DNA of 64,000 bases from Octopus sinensis (Eukaryota): NCBI RefSeq assembly GCF_006345805.1, contig NC_042998.1:1426001-1490000 (forward strand), read 5' to 3'. The notes under the pieces were generated by a model that saw only the letters and a list, made by a program, of their open reading frames with translations, searched no databases and was not told where the DNA came from. The first letter of the stretch is position 1, and every line of letters starts with the position of its first letter. The translations under genes and the position numbers were made by a program. Shown in pieces: positions 27,120 through 39,631 of the stretch.

Positions 27120-27255
27120 TACATACATACATACATACGTACGTACGTACGTACGTACATACATACATACATACATACATACATACATACATACATACAT
27201 ACATACATACATACATACATACATACATACATACATACATACATACATACATACG
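26455..27255. repeat. Two (CATA)n arrays (26455-26715, 26905-27255) with (CGTA)n patches
   Basis: Directly visible. Confidence 0.95.
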
Positions 27256-27639
27256 TAGAAGGGAAGCAGGAACATTTTTACATTCCAAAAGCAGTCTGTC
27301 GGTGAATCAACACTTCAGAGTAATTCTTAAGATGGTTTGTGTATTCAAACGCCTTCAGTGAATATAAATAGTAAAGATTCAACGTAGATTTCCAACAAAA
27401 TCGATTTCTAAAATTGTCACAAAACCAAAAAATGTCGGTGGAAACTTTTTTGTTAGTCTTGAAAATCGGAAAAGCGACTTTTAAGTTCTGGTGTTTGAAC
27501 AAAAAAACATGAATGAGCGACGGAACTAAGAGGAGTAAAACTATTTCTCGACGCTCTCTTAATTCGCCCTCCGACCATTTTCGTAGCCAACAATAATACA
27601 CAAATAATCACTGTATCACAAAGGCTATCAGATATTGTT

Positions 27640-27925
27640 ATACACCACTGGTCACAATACGCTTCATTGCATTGATGTTGCTTTTAAATGATATCACTCT
27701 GCTGGCTCTGCGAGAAGGCCTATAAGTAATCGAGAAAACGAAATGCCCTCTGGACGGGACTACAGTCCCTTTAGAGTAACTCAGTCCACTCAGCTGAGTA
27801 ACCTGGACTAACGCGAAATGAAATGTTTTGCTCAAGAACACAACGTACCTCCCAAGCCGGCAATCGGGACCACGATCCCATGATCGTGAGCGCAACACTC
27901 TAACCACTTGGTCACGCACTTTCAC
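27640..27925 (-). mobile_element. SINE D
   Basis: Minus-strand head GTGCGTGACCAAGTGGTTAGAGTGTTGCGC and CAGCTGAGTGGACTGAG core. Confidence 0.65.
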
Positions 27926-28000
27926 AATAGACGAATAAAAATCAAAGATTTGGCAAGCTTCTTATTCACTACGTTGCTTTGATTCTATGAAGAAATATTT

Positions 28001-28210
28001 CCATAGAACAGTTCTATATTTAAGAGATGAGGAATTATGTGTTCGACGGATATTTTGTTTGTTAGCACAACGCTTCGGCTGATATACCTTCCAACCTTCT
28101 TCAGGTATCTTGGGGAAATTTCCTGTTGTTTTTATTATTCAGGTCACTGCCTGGAATCGAACTTAGAACCTTGGGGTTAGTAGCCTACGCTCTTAACCAC
28201 TACGCCATAT
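28001..28210 (-). mobile_element. SINE family C: tRNA-like head followed by a decayed HHR motif
   Basis: Head ATGGCGTAGTGGTTAAGAGC...AAGTTCGATTCC; downstream CTGAAGAAGGTTG...CAGCCGAAGCGTT (28104-28068). Confidence 0.7.
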
Positions 28211-28941
28211 GGAGTGAATTTTAGGGCTTATAAATCTAATATTTTTCTATCCTTCCTTAATACCGATTTCCATATGCTGTGCATATCTGCAGATATGAAT
28301 AATATTATGCTTGCGAGCGTGTGTGTGTGTATGTGTGCACGCGTGCGTGCGTGCGAGCATATGATTTTAAGGGAATTCATTGAAAGATTACATTTTAAAG
28401 GTACTTAAACTCCATTTCTAAACATAGAATGCTATTTCCAAAATCATTATCGAAATTACAATATTCTTCTTAGTGGTATATTGATTATAAAGTTAGTGTC
28501 TTGATGTTAAACTTGGTATTATACTGATAAGGCTACGACTGTGTTTTCCATCCCGTCTAGGAATGTACAAAAAATGAAAAAAGAAAAAAAAAAGAATTCT
28601 TAGTCAATAGTACATATCGCGATACCAGCCGAGAGGTATTCAGTTGTTGAGTTGAGTTTTAATAATAAAATTTCTTCGAAGAACAAGGCTGTAAATTATT
28701 GATAACGGTTTCTGCTTCAACTCATTTGTAATGTTATCGCATTGATTTTAACCTGCAATAAAACACATTGGCAACTTAGATTATCAATGAACAAAAGGTG
28801 TTATGCCGTTCTTGAAAGTTAATACTCTGCTTGTCAGAATCAGCGGTAAGCTAAAGAAACTTTCCTCTGCTAGAATTTAGAGAAAGATAAAAATGTGTAT
28901 AGGAGACGTTTACTGTGTATTAGCATAGAATTACGCGAGAA

Positions 28942-29098
28942 TGTCTATGTGTGTGCGCGCGCTTCTGTATGCGTACGGTCGCTTCTTTGAGGTAACTATT
29001 AGTACACGTATACTTATATGAACATCAAGTATTTTTGATATATTATATACACACACACATATATAGACATCCATACACACACACACATATTTATATAT

Positions 29099-29154
<56 letters not shown>

Positions 29155-29279
29155 TATAGTATATGTATGATGTATATGTGTATATATTAGAGCTTGATGT
29201 TATATAAGTCTACCTGTACTAGCAGTTACCTCAAAGAAGCGAACGTACGTATACAGGTGTGCGCGCACACACATAGACA
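28942..29279. repeat. Foldback with ~88-bp arms around a (TA)n-rich spacer
   Basis: 28942-29030 is the reverse complement of 29192-29279 at roughly 85-90%. Confidence 0.88.
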
Positions 29280-30342
29280 CGCTTGTGTAATTACTTATAC
29301 TAGCAGAAAAACCGCCCTCTGGGCGGTTTTCTGCTGGCATATATGTTGCGCACATTGATAATATATATACATTTAGATAGGATGCATAAATTATAGAATA
29401 AATTGACAATATGCTCATGAATTGAACAAAGGCACTGTTATAGTTTATTCTGTATTCAGTAAAATAATCCATGATATATTTTAAAAAGACGATAATGAAA
29501 ATTGGAAAAGAGATGAGACTGTCAAGGGAACATGTTAACGAATCTTCACTTGAGTGAATTTGAAAATAAATGTTTGTTTTGGTGGGAATGAATGAATTAC
29601 AATTACCAAAATGAAGAGTTAAGTTTTGCCACCTTGTTGTTTCATTATATTCACTTATAGACGTCTTAAGGGTTCTAGTGTCCCTTTCCTAGCAATTAAA
29701 AAGAAAAATATATTTCAATTAAAAGAGAGAAATGAATGTCACTATCACTAGAATTTTTACAGACACAAATTGTCAGCAAATGGACCCTTTTTCATTTACC
29801 TCGGTTAATATTTTTATATTTTCTTTTCTTGACGTTCTTCATAATGCAACATACATCTGACCATGTGCGAAGAATGCGTTGGCAGATGATATTACGGACT
29901 AAATAATTTCAAGGTGGTACCCATGCATTGAAAGCTTAATTCTATTAGATTGGGATTATTGTTTTTGCACTACATAACACTTTTAAAAATAATTTAATCG
30001 CTTGTTTTTGTTGTTGTTTCTGTTTGTTTGATTTTTCGCTTTATTACATTTTTTACGAACGCGAAGAAAAGCTATTTGTTTACATACGGAATTCAAACGG
30101 AAGTTGACATTTAAAACAGAAGCGAATCGTGTAATATCAAGCATTATAATTTATGCTTGATATACAAATAAACTTTCTAGTTTCAAAATTCTTTGATATT
30201 CATTCATAATGTCTTCAAAGTAAAATGACTTTTTTTAATAAAGTGGGGGAAAAAGAATAAACTGGACAGAGTCCAGCACTTCTTCAATCATTATAATATA
30301 GATATATATGTATACAATATGTATTCTTTCTTTCTTTTTTTC

Positions 30343-30547
30343 TTTTTACTTGTTTCAGTCATTTTGACTGCGGCCATGCTGGAGCACCGCCTTTAATCGA
30401 GCAACTCGACCCCGGGACTTATTCTTTGTAAGGCCAGTACTTATTCTATCGGTCTCTTTTGCCGAACTGCTAAGTGACGGGGACATAAACACACCAGCAT
30501 CGGTTGTCAAGCAATGCTAGAGGGGACAAATACAGACACACAAACAT

Positions 30548-30610
<63 letters not shown>

Positions 30611-30770
30611 CGACGGGCTTCTTTCAGTTTCCGTCTAGCAATCCACTCACAAGGCTTTGGTCGGCCCGAGGCTATAGTAGAAGACACTTGCCCAAGGTTC
30701 CACGCAGTGGGATTGAACCGGAACTATGTGGTTGGTAACAAGCTACTTACCACACAGTCACTCCTGCGCT
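30343..30770 (-). mobile_element. SINE A, full length
   Basis: Reverse complement of 10639-11043. Confidence 0.92.
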
Positions 30771-30859
30771 TGTATGTATACAAAAAGTACATTTATCTAC
30801 ACATATACGCACAGGCAGACATAAACGTACATACATATACATATACATATATATATATC

Positions 30860-30893
<34 letters not shown>

Positions 30894-30999
30894 ATAATAT
30901 ATATAAATAGGGTATACATGCCCATAATAGTATTTTATAAGCTTAAAAGCGATCACCGCGAATAGGGTATGTAAGCCCACGACAGAAAAAAAAAGTAAG

Positions 31000-31078
31000 T
31001 ACTCTTGTACGCGTGTGACTTGAACCCATAGGTCTTTGCTTTCCCAACCAAGTGTGCTACCGTTACACCAACGTCAAA
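31000..31078 (-). pseudogene. Decayed tRNA-like sequence or isolated SINE head
   Basis: Minus strand TTGGTGTAACGGTAGCAC...GGGTTCAAGTCAC has A and B boxes; no intact cloverleaf. Confidence 0.45.
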
Positions 31079-31317
31079 CACTTGCTTCTTTCTGTCAGAT
31101 TTAAGAACTATATTCAGTTTGTAGCTTGTTTTTGTAAACAAGCTATCGTGTGCTTTTTTGCTGCGATGGTTTTTGTTAAGCAGCGACGATTTTTACAATT
31201 CTGTAAATAATAATTTTTCCATATTGAAACCGTTTCCCACACACACAACACGCACCCATATATAACAAATGATAGAGAAAGAAAATGGAATATGCGAGAA
31301 ACTTTATTGCTCACAAC

Positions 31318-31410
31318 GACCGTTTCGACGCATCTTGCATTGATCCCTCGCGAGTGGGATACTGTGCATCTAGTTATGGTGCATCCCTCGGCGCAGACGC
31401 ATCTCCTCAG
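31318..31410 (-). ncRNA. HHR-like motif, intact core, long stem II, poor stem I
   Basis: CTGAGGA-GATGCGTC...GATGCGTC-GAAACGGTC. Confidence 0.55.
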
Positions 31411-31524
31411 GGGATCTCGTTAAATAAACTGCTTCGCTCGGTTTTAATACAGCATGTTGTTATTGATTGTATGTTTAAACCGTTTGGCAGGAATGGTCTT
31501 CATCATCCTTGTCTAACGGCTTAA

Positions 31525-33590
31525 TTTTAGCACAAGGTCACCAATTTTGAAGGTATGAGGTAAGTCGATTTCACCGAGTCCAGTATTTGTCTGGTACTAT
31601 ATTTCCCCGACTACAAAAAGTTGACATCGGCAACATTTGAACTCAGAATGTAAAGAGCCAAAACAAATATAGTAAGGCTATCTTTTCCGGCGCTCTAACG
31701 ATTCTGCTGATTCAAACGGAAAAGAAAGAAACCAGCAATTAAGATAAAATAGCAACAGCAATATCAATAATAAAAATAATCCTTTCTACTAACGGTACAA
31801 GGCCTGAAATTTAGTGGGAGGAGACTAGTCGATTACATCGACCCCAGTGGTACTTTATTTATTGACCCCGAAAAAATGAAAGGCAGAATTGGAACTCAGA
31901 TCGTGCAAACGAGCGAAATGCCACTTAGCATTTTGCCCGGCGTGCTAACGACTCTGCCAGCTCGCCACTTTATCTATAATAATAATAATATTTTCTATTA
32001 AAGGCACAAGGCCTGAAATTTTGGAGGAGGGGACTAGTCGATTACATCGACCTCAGTATTCAGCTGTTACTTATTTTATCGGAGTCGAAATGATGAAGGG
32101 CAAAGTTGACCCCGGCGCTATTTGAACGCAGAATGTAAAGACAGAGGAAATGTCGCTTAGCATTTCGTCCGATGCTCTACCTATCCTGCATCTTTCAAAC
32201 GGGAAAGATGGGGAAGGCCTTTAGCCGTGCAAATTGACCCCAGGACTTATTCTCTGTAAGCCTATACTTATTCTATCGGTTTCTTTCCGCTAAGTTACGG
32301 GGACGTAAACACACCGCCATCGGTTGTCAAGCGATGTTGAGGGGGGGGACAAACACAGACACACAAGCACACACACACACACACATACACACACACACAT
32401 ACACACACACAGACGGCTCCTTTCAGTTTCCGTCTACCAAACCCACTCACAAGGCTTTAGTCGACCCGAGGCTATAGTAGAAGACACTTGCCCAAGGTCC
32501 CACGCAGTGGGACTGAACCCGGAACCATGTGGTTGGTAACAGAAATTATGATAATATAGCAAGAACAACCACGATAATAATCCTTCCTACTATTGGCACA
32601 AGGACTGAAATGTTGTAGGTGGGAGCCTGTCGATTACATCAACCCCAGTCCTCAGCTGGTATTTATTTAGTAAATCCCGAAAGGATGAAAGACAGAATCA
32701 ACCTCAGCGGAGTTTGAAATCAGGGCAGCGAGCAGGGAGGAACGTTGGCACGCTGGGTGGCGAAATGCTTTGCGGTACTTCGTCTGCCGCTGCACTCTGA
32801 GGTCGACTTTGCCTTTCATCCTTTCGGGGTCGATAAATTAAGTACCAGTTACGCACTGGGGTCGATGTAATCGACTTAATCCGTTTGTCTGTCCTTGTTT
32901 GTCCTCTCTGCGTGTAACCTCTTGTGGGTAGTAAAGAAATAAGAACGTGAACATAGACGAAATTCTGCAGACATCTTGTCGGAGCGCTAACGATTCTGCC
33001 ATCTAGCTGCCTTCACATAAATAATAATAATCTTTTCTTTATTGGCCACAAAGGGCCTGATAACAAAATAAATACGACACGAGAAACAAGCAGGGTTAAA
33101 CGCAAGATTCGTGTACAAAATAAATAAGAAAATAATTAACAAAATTTAAACAATAAAATTCCCCAAAAGAGGAGGGGGTGTTCTATTGGTACTTCTTTTG
33201 TCGACCTCGAAAGGACGAAAGGCAAAGTTGACCTCGGCGGAATTTGAAACTCAGAACATGAAGAGTTGGAAGAAACGCTGCTGCTTAGCATTTTGTTCGA
33301 TACCCTAACGATTCAACCATCGCAAACGGTTGGTGGCGGAATGGGCACCAGAAATTAAAACAAAATAGCAACAACAAACACAATAATAACGGTTTCAAAT
33401 TTTGTCACAAGGGCAGTAATTTGGGGGAGGGGATGGGTCGGCTACATCTACTCCAGTGCTAATTTTATCGACCCCGAAGGGATGAAAAGCAAAGTCGACC
33501 TCGGCGAAATTTGAACTCAGAACGCAGGAACGGGTGAATTACTGCTAAGTAATTTGTCCAGCGCGCTAACGATTCTGCCAGCTCACCGCC
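31525..33590. mobile_element. Cluster of ~8 SINE B copies (mostly minus; plus copy 32723-32940) with a SINE A at 32215-32540 (minus)
   Basis: Repeated GATTACATCGACCCCAG...GAAAGGCAAAGTCGACC...GAACTCAGAA motifs. Confidence 0.85.
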
Positions 33591-33600
33591 TTTGCACAAC

Positions 33601-33679
<79 letters not shown>

Positions 33680-33681
<2 letters not shown>

Positions 33682-34258
33682 GCCCTGATGCAGTACCGTA
33701 TGCCCTAATGCAGTACCAGGCAGTGGCTCTCATGGCTTCTGATCTTAACTGATTGGAAGTGTTATCATGTACATTGTTTTGTCTTGGTATAAAAGATGGG
33801 CTACAGCAAATATTCTGCTCAATACCACAGATTTGCTTGTCAGTTGTTTGACCTTAACCAGTTGAGCATGTCCCTTAGAGGCTGACGATATGTGCATCTC
33901 TGATCACGAGCAGAAGTAGTGGGGGAGCATCATAGCTATGTGTTGAGAAGGATTCTTTGGGATTTGAATAGTTCACCTCTGGAAACATGGGTGGTCCTTT
34001 CAACATCCTTAAACAACCCTTATTCAGGGACCGTTTGAGCGGGATGGGCTACTCAACCTGAAGAAAATTCTGACTGGGCCCCACCTGCAAGGTCATGTGC
34101 TGTTTATCTTGATATGAGATCACCATGTCGCGCACATATGGTTGTGATGCATGTGCCTGGTGTACCTTTATCAGACGGGTAGTCATGATGGGTATACTGG
34201 GCTTCGTATATTTTACCCCAGTGTCACTTTGATGGCATGAACTGCTCTCTCACTCAAT
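33680..34258. mobile_element. ~580-bp unclassified retroposon-like segment bounded by (AAT)n on both sides
   Basis: Complex non-coding block between (AAT)n tracts; resembles a very common octopus repeat (recall only); ~20-bp tandem duplication at 33681-33720. Confidence 0.5.
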
Positions 34259-34282
34259 AATAATAATAATAATAATAATAAT

Positions 34283-34720
34283 AATCCTTTCTATTATAAG
34301 CGCAAGGCCTGAAATTTGTGGGAAGGGGGAATAGTCGATTACATCGACCCCAGTGTTTCATTGGTACTTAATTCATCGACCCCGAAAGGATGAAAGGTAA
34401 AAGTCGACCCCCGGCGGAATTTGAACTCAGAACGTAGCGACGGGTAAAACGGCGCTAAGCATTTCGTCCAACGTGCTAACGATTCTGCCAGCTCGCCGCC
34501 TTTGCACTATAATAACAATGTTCGGGGAGAGGGTAAGGGTTCAACTGGAACTTATTTTATCGACCCCGAAAAGATGAAAGGCAAAGTCGACCTCAGCGGA
34601 ATTTGAACACGTTTTGAGTAAAGGCGGAGGAAATGTCGCTAAGCACTTTTTGTCCGAAGCACTTTTTGTCCGAAGCACTTTTTGTCCGACGCACTTAACG
34701 GTTCTGCCAGTTCGCCGTAG
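34283..34720 (-). mobile_element. Two SINE B copies (34283-34502, 34540-34720)
   Basis: B core and head; the second carries a 16-bp triplication. Confidence 0.85.
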
Positions 34721-35497
34721 CAAATCCAACAATTGAAAAAGAAAGAGAAACAATAAAATAAGACAAGCAAATGAATCCAAATTAAAAGAAGCAAAAGTGT
34801 TGAGGGGGGGAGGTGAAGTTGGGCGTGTAGGGGGGGTATGGAAATGAAACATTGCAAGGTGAAAGTGGAAGTGGGTGGGCATGGCTGGCTTTGTCAGTCT
34901 GAATGGATTTTCGGTAATGATGAGGTGGCGAGGTAAAGGGATGCTATGTCACCCCTACTCACCGTATTGCTTTCCACTGACTGCTCTGGCAGTTTCAGGC
35001 TATTAGTGTGGTTGGTCAAAAACGAATCACTGAACGCCGCTTTAGAAATCTTCCTCTCTGCCTTGCTTCCCAACCTTAGAAACGAACTACCAACGAATCA
35101 CATGACAATATTCACACTCACGTACAACGGACTTAACACATACAATGAGATACAGAGATACGCGTGCGCGCACGCACACACACAAACGCAGGTTCGTGCT
35201 CACACACGCACACGTAGACCGCACACAGGCACACTGCAAGAAGGACGTGCGCATCCTCTCACTTCAGCAGGTAGAAGAGTCGCATAGTTATTATATTGCA
35301 GGGTCAGGCAAAGTTCAAGATTTTGCTGTTTGTAACAAACGACAGCATAGCGCAATACATGTGTGCGCGCGTGTGTGTGTGTGTGTGTGTGTGTGCGGGG
35401 GTGTGTGTGTACATACATATATAAATATATATATAAATAAATATATATATATTATATATATTTATACATGTACCTATGCATATGCATTTGTATATAG

Positions 35498-35571
<74 letters not shown>

Positions 35572-35662
35572 CGGAGGGAATATTTACGTGTATGTGTAGG
35601 CCTGTGTGAGTGTGTACGTATGCATATGATGACCTTCCAAAAGTCTGTCATCTACTTCTTAA

Positions 35663-35728
<66 letters not shown>

Positions 35729-35733
35729 CTCCG

Positions 35734-35768
<35 letters not shown>

Positions 35769-36100
35769 GCCTGTTTGTCAGTTTATCAATCCATCTGTTT
35801 GTTTATGCCAATCGCATGTGCTCATGGTTGAAATGTCTGGCTCCTTGGACATCTGAGTCATTAGGTTTGAACCTAAAATGTGCGATTGGCTACGGCAGTT
35901 GCGAGTGATAGGGAAAGGAAGAGCCAGGATGTTGTCACCTAAATGCAATTCTCAACAGCTCGTTCCATAGAACTTCGGTTGTGCAACTCCGAAAAGTCAC
36001 AAAAGTTTGAAAACATACACATAAAACAGTGTCACTCGAGTCAATAATGGGATCACTAAAAGATTTAATAGCCAAATCTCCTTCAAATTATATCATACTT

Positions 36101-36331
36101 ATTTCTTTACTACCCACAAGGGGCTAAACACAGAGGGGACAAACAAGGACGGACACACGGATTAAGTCGATTATATCGACCCCAGTGCGTAACTGGTACT
36201 TATTTAATCGACCCCGAAATGATGAAAGGCAAAGTCGACCTCGGCGGAATTTGAACTCAGAACGTAGCGGCAGACGAAATACCGAAAAGCAATTCGCCCG
36301 GCGTGCTAACGTTTCTGCCAGTTCGTCGCCT
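36101..36331 (-). mobile_element. SINE family B, full-length long-tail reference copy (tRNA-derived)
   Basis: Minus strand GGCGACGAACTGGCAGAAAC...GAGTTCAAATTCC (A/B boxes), core GTCGACTTTGCCTTTCATCATTTCGGGGTCGATTAAATAAGTACCAG. Confidence 0.92.
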
Positions 36332-36344
36332 TCAAATTATACCC

Positions 36345-36650
36345 TACCGTCTTAAAAAGAAGTTCTCAGAATCCGGGGGCACATCCTGCGGGCCAAGTCA
36401 ACCTTGCTGTTTATGTAGAAACTCCAGCTTAGATTGTTATCAGCAGTTACTCCAAGATCTCTGGTGTTGTTAGATGATATGAGGGAGTCGCTCGAAGGAA
36501 GGACATATGGTAGTGTCAGAGTATCCTCTTTTCCAAAGTGGATCAAATTAAACTTCGCACTATTTCTAGCAAGTCAACTGACTACATCGTGGGCTCCCTC
36601 CTTGATTTGTGTTAATCGTGTTGCTTATCTTGCACTGATCGAGCAACCGT
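36345..36650 (-). mobile_element. CR1-like LINE RT fragment
   Basis: IHFGKED...RDLGVTADNNLSWSFYINSKVDLARRMCPRILRTSF. Confidence 0.75.
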
Positions 36651-37189
36651 TTCAGATCTAACTACATCCATCTTTTTTCAGACTCACTGTACCTCGGACT
36701 AATCCATCTTACGTATCCTTCTTCTTTCCGAGAATGTATTGGTTTAGATTGGTTTAGATTCATATGGCTGCTACTTCTATTTCGTCAAGTAACCACATTT
36801 ACACTTTTTCGTTGATTCCTTACAAGCGAGTTTTGATGACAGGAATGAAATGTAAAAAGGAAAAGTACAGAAGCTAATATTTCTTACCTTTTCTCTGTGT
36901 CAGACAGTCGACTGTGGCCATGCTGGGGCACCGCCTTGATATAATAACAACAGCAACAACAACAGCAGCAACAATAACAGCAATAGTAGCAACAACTACA
37001 ATAATGATAATAATGATTTCATTTATTTTTCACAAGGATGAAGGATGGAGGGGGACAATACAAAGACAGACATAAAGTGTGGGAGTCTGCAAATAAGGAA
37101 ATGATTAAAAAAAAAACAGAAAGTGAAAGAAAATAAGTCTCCACAGAATACACTGAGAAAGAAGGGACATGCGCACAGCATACAGAGGT

Positions 37190-37480
37190 TTTAAAAAAAG
37201 GGGTGGAGGGTGATAGAGATGTGGCTCTCCTTATACAAGAAGGCCTCTAGGGATAATCGAGGCCGAGATTTCCCTGAAACCCCAGGAGCAAGTGCCCTCT
37301 CCAATTCCTTCTCTTCAGCTTTTGCCATTTTCGCAACTTTAAGCCACCTTTCAATAAACTCACTCGGGGACAGTCTTTTTTTCACCCAGGGCAGCAGCTC
37401 CGTCAAGTAGACGAGCTGCGGAGAGATGAGCCTCACAGACGGAGCCACTAGCGCTCACCGTCCAGAAATCGTTGCAGGTG
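37190..37480 (-). mobile_element. Probable L1/Tx1-like LINE 3' end
   Basis: VKKRLSPSEFIERWLKVAKMAK resembles Tx1-type ORF2 C-termini (from memory). Confidence 0.45.
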
Positions 37481-37579
37481 GCGTAACCTAAGAGTGTGTC
37501 TACGCATTAGGAGCCACAACATACCTAACCCGCCATTCAGAGGATGCTGGCAACAGACTGACCGCCTGACCAATAATAA

Positions 37580-38410
37580 TATTAATTATTTCAAATTTTG
37601 GTACAAGGCCAGCTATTTCGGGGGACGGGGTAAGTCGATTACATCGACCCCAGTTTTCAAATGCTACTTATTCGCCCCACAAAGGATGAAAGGCAAAGCC
37701 GACCTCGGTAGAATTTGAACTCAGAACGTAAAGACCGACGAAATGTCTAAGAATTTTGTCGAATGCGCTAAAGATTCTGCCAGTTATCTGTGAGAAAGAT
37801 GTAGTATGCCCAGGATTCAAAATAAAATATTAATAATTTAGTATGAAAAACGTGTGTATGAGATCTTCGTTAGCTACAGAAGTAAATTGATATTATAAAA
37901 CAAAACAAGATGTCCGCTATCGCTTGATGACCGATGTTGGTATGTTTATGGCTCGTAACTTAGCGTTTCGATAAAAGTGATCTACAGAATAAGTACTAGA
38001 CCTCTGAAAACAAAATAAGTACTAAGTTTGATATATTTGGCTAAACAGTTCAAAGGTAATGCCCCAGTAAGGCCGCAGTCCACTGTTTTAAACAGGTAAA
38101 AGAAAAGACTAGTATTCGAATCTTAATGAATATAATAAGAATCATAGAATTATTTCTAACACATCTTGTTTTAGATAATGGTGTCTAATATAGACACAAA
38201 ATCAGCAATTTTGAGGACAAGAGAGAGATTAGTCGATATTACTGAACCCGTACATGGCTGCTACTTTATTTTGTCGACTCCGTAACGATGAAAGGTAAAG
38301 TTGAATACGGCGAGATTCGAACTCAGATTGTAAAAATTCGGAAGAAATGCCTCAAAACCTCCCCCACCCTTTTTTAACGCTCTGACAATTTCACCAGAAC
38401 GCCGCCATTT
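37580..38410. mobile_element. SINE B (37580-37785, minus), SINE A 3' half (37915-38105, plus), SINE B (38180-38410, minus)
   Basis: Degenerate family motifs. Confidence 0.7.
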
Positions 38411-38918
38411 TTTCTTCCTATTAATAATGATTTCTGGCATATAATTTTTACTAATTATTCATCCATGCACGAGTGCAAATAAACAAAGTCAACTGCTTGA
38501 CCTTTCAAAGATCAAAGGCGTTCATCAACAAGTGACCATCACTATTGATTTACTGGAGGCGTGAATAGTCCAAGATATCGACCCCAAAAGATGAGTGGTC
38601 CTTATTTTATCGATACCGGAAGTATGAAGGTCAAGGTCGAACACTCCGGTGATACTTGAACTCAGAACGTCAGTTTGCTAATTTATATATCACAATTTGT
38701 GAACAATAATGTCGTTAGTTATCAATGGATAAATTAATCACTGGTTCTCCGTATTCTTGACAAGAGAAGTGACAAGCTATGCTTAATTCGATGCAAGCGA
38801 TTTCGTTCGTAAATCATCGTTTTTTTTATATAGTTTGTTATGTTTTATTTTGCTTTACACACGTAAACGCACACGTACACATAATCAAACGCACACCATA
38901 TATATTTATATATACACA

Positions 38919-39054
38919 GGCGTAGCTGTGTGGTAAGAAGTTTGTTTCCCAATCACGTGTTCCGGGTTCTATCCTACTTGCGTGGCACTTTGGACCGACC
39001 AAAGCCTCAGGCCGACGAAAGTCTTGTGAATGGATTTGGTGGACGGAAACTAAA
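38919..39054 (+). mobile_element. SINE A, 5' half
   Basis: GGCGTAGCTGTGTGGTAAGAAG...GGATTTGGTGGACGGAAAC. Confidence 0.8.
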
Positions 39055-39169
39055 CAACAGTAATGATTGCCCCACCCAGAGCAGCCACATTTATGTTGGA
39101 AAATAGTCTTTACTTTAAAGAACTGTTACTGAATAATCTCTCTTTGAGAGATTTAGAAATAATAATAAC

Positions 39170-39271
<102 letters not shown>

Positions 39272-39526
39272 TTTAACGTTCTGACAATTTCATCAGAATG
39301 TCGCCATTTTTTTCTCCCTATTAATAATGATTTCTGGCATATAAGTTTAACTAATTATTCATTCATGCATGAATAAGTTTTTTTATAGTGTGAATAACAT
39401 CTTTCTTTATTGAATTATTTAATAGAGATTTTTCTCTAAATTATATACATATATATTGTGAAATTTGATTTAAAATTATTAAATGGAATTTTTCCCTGTA
39501 AGTTTTGCAATTATATTCCCTACTAT

Positions 39527-39631
<105 letters not shown>

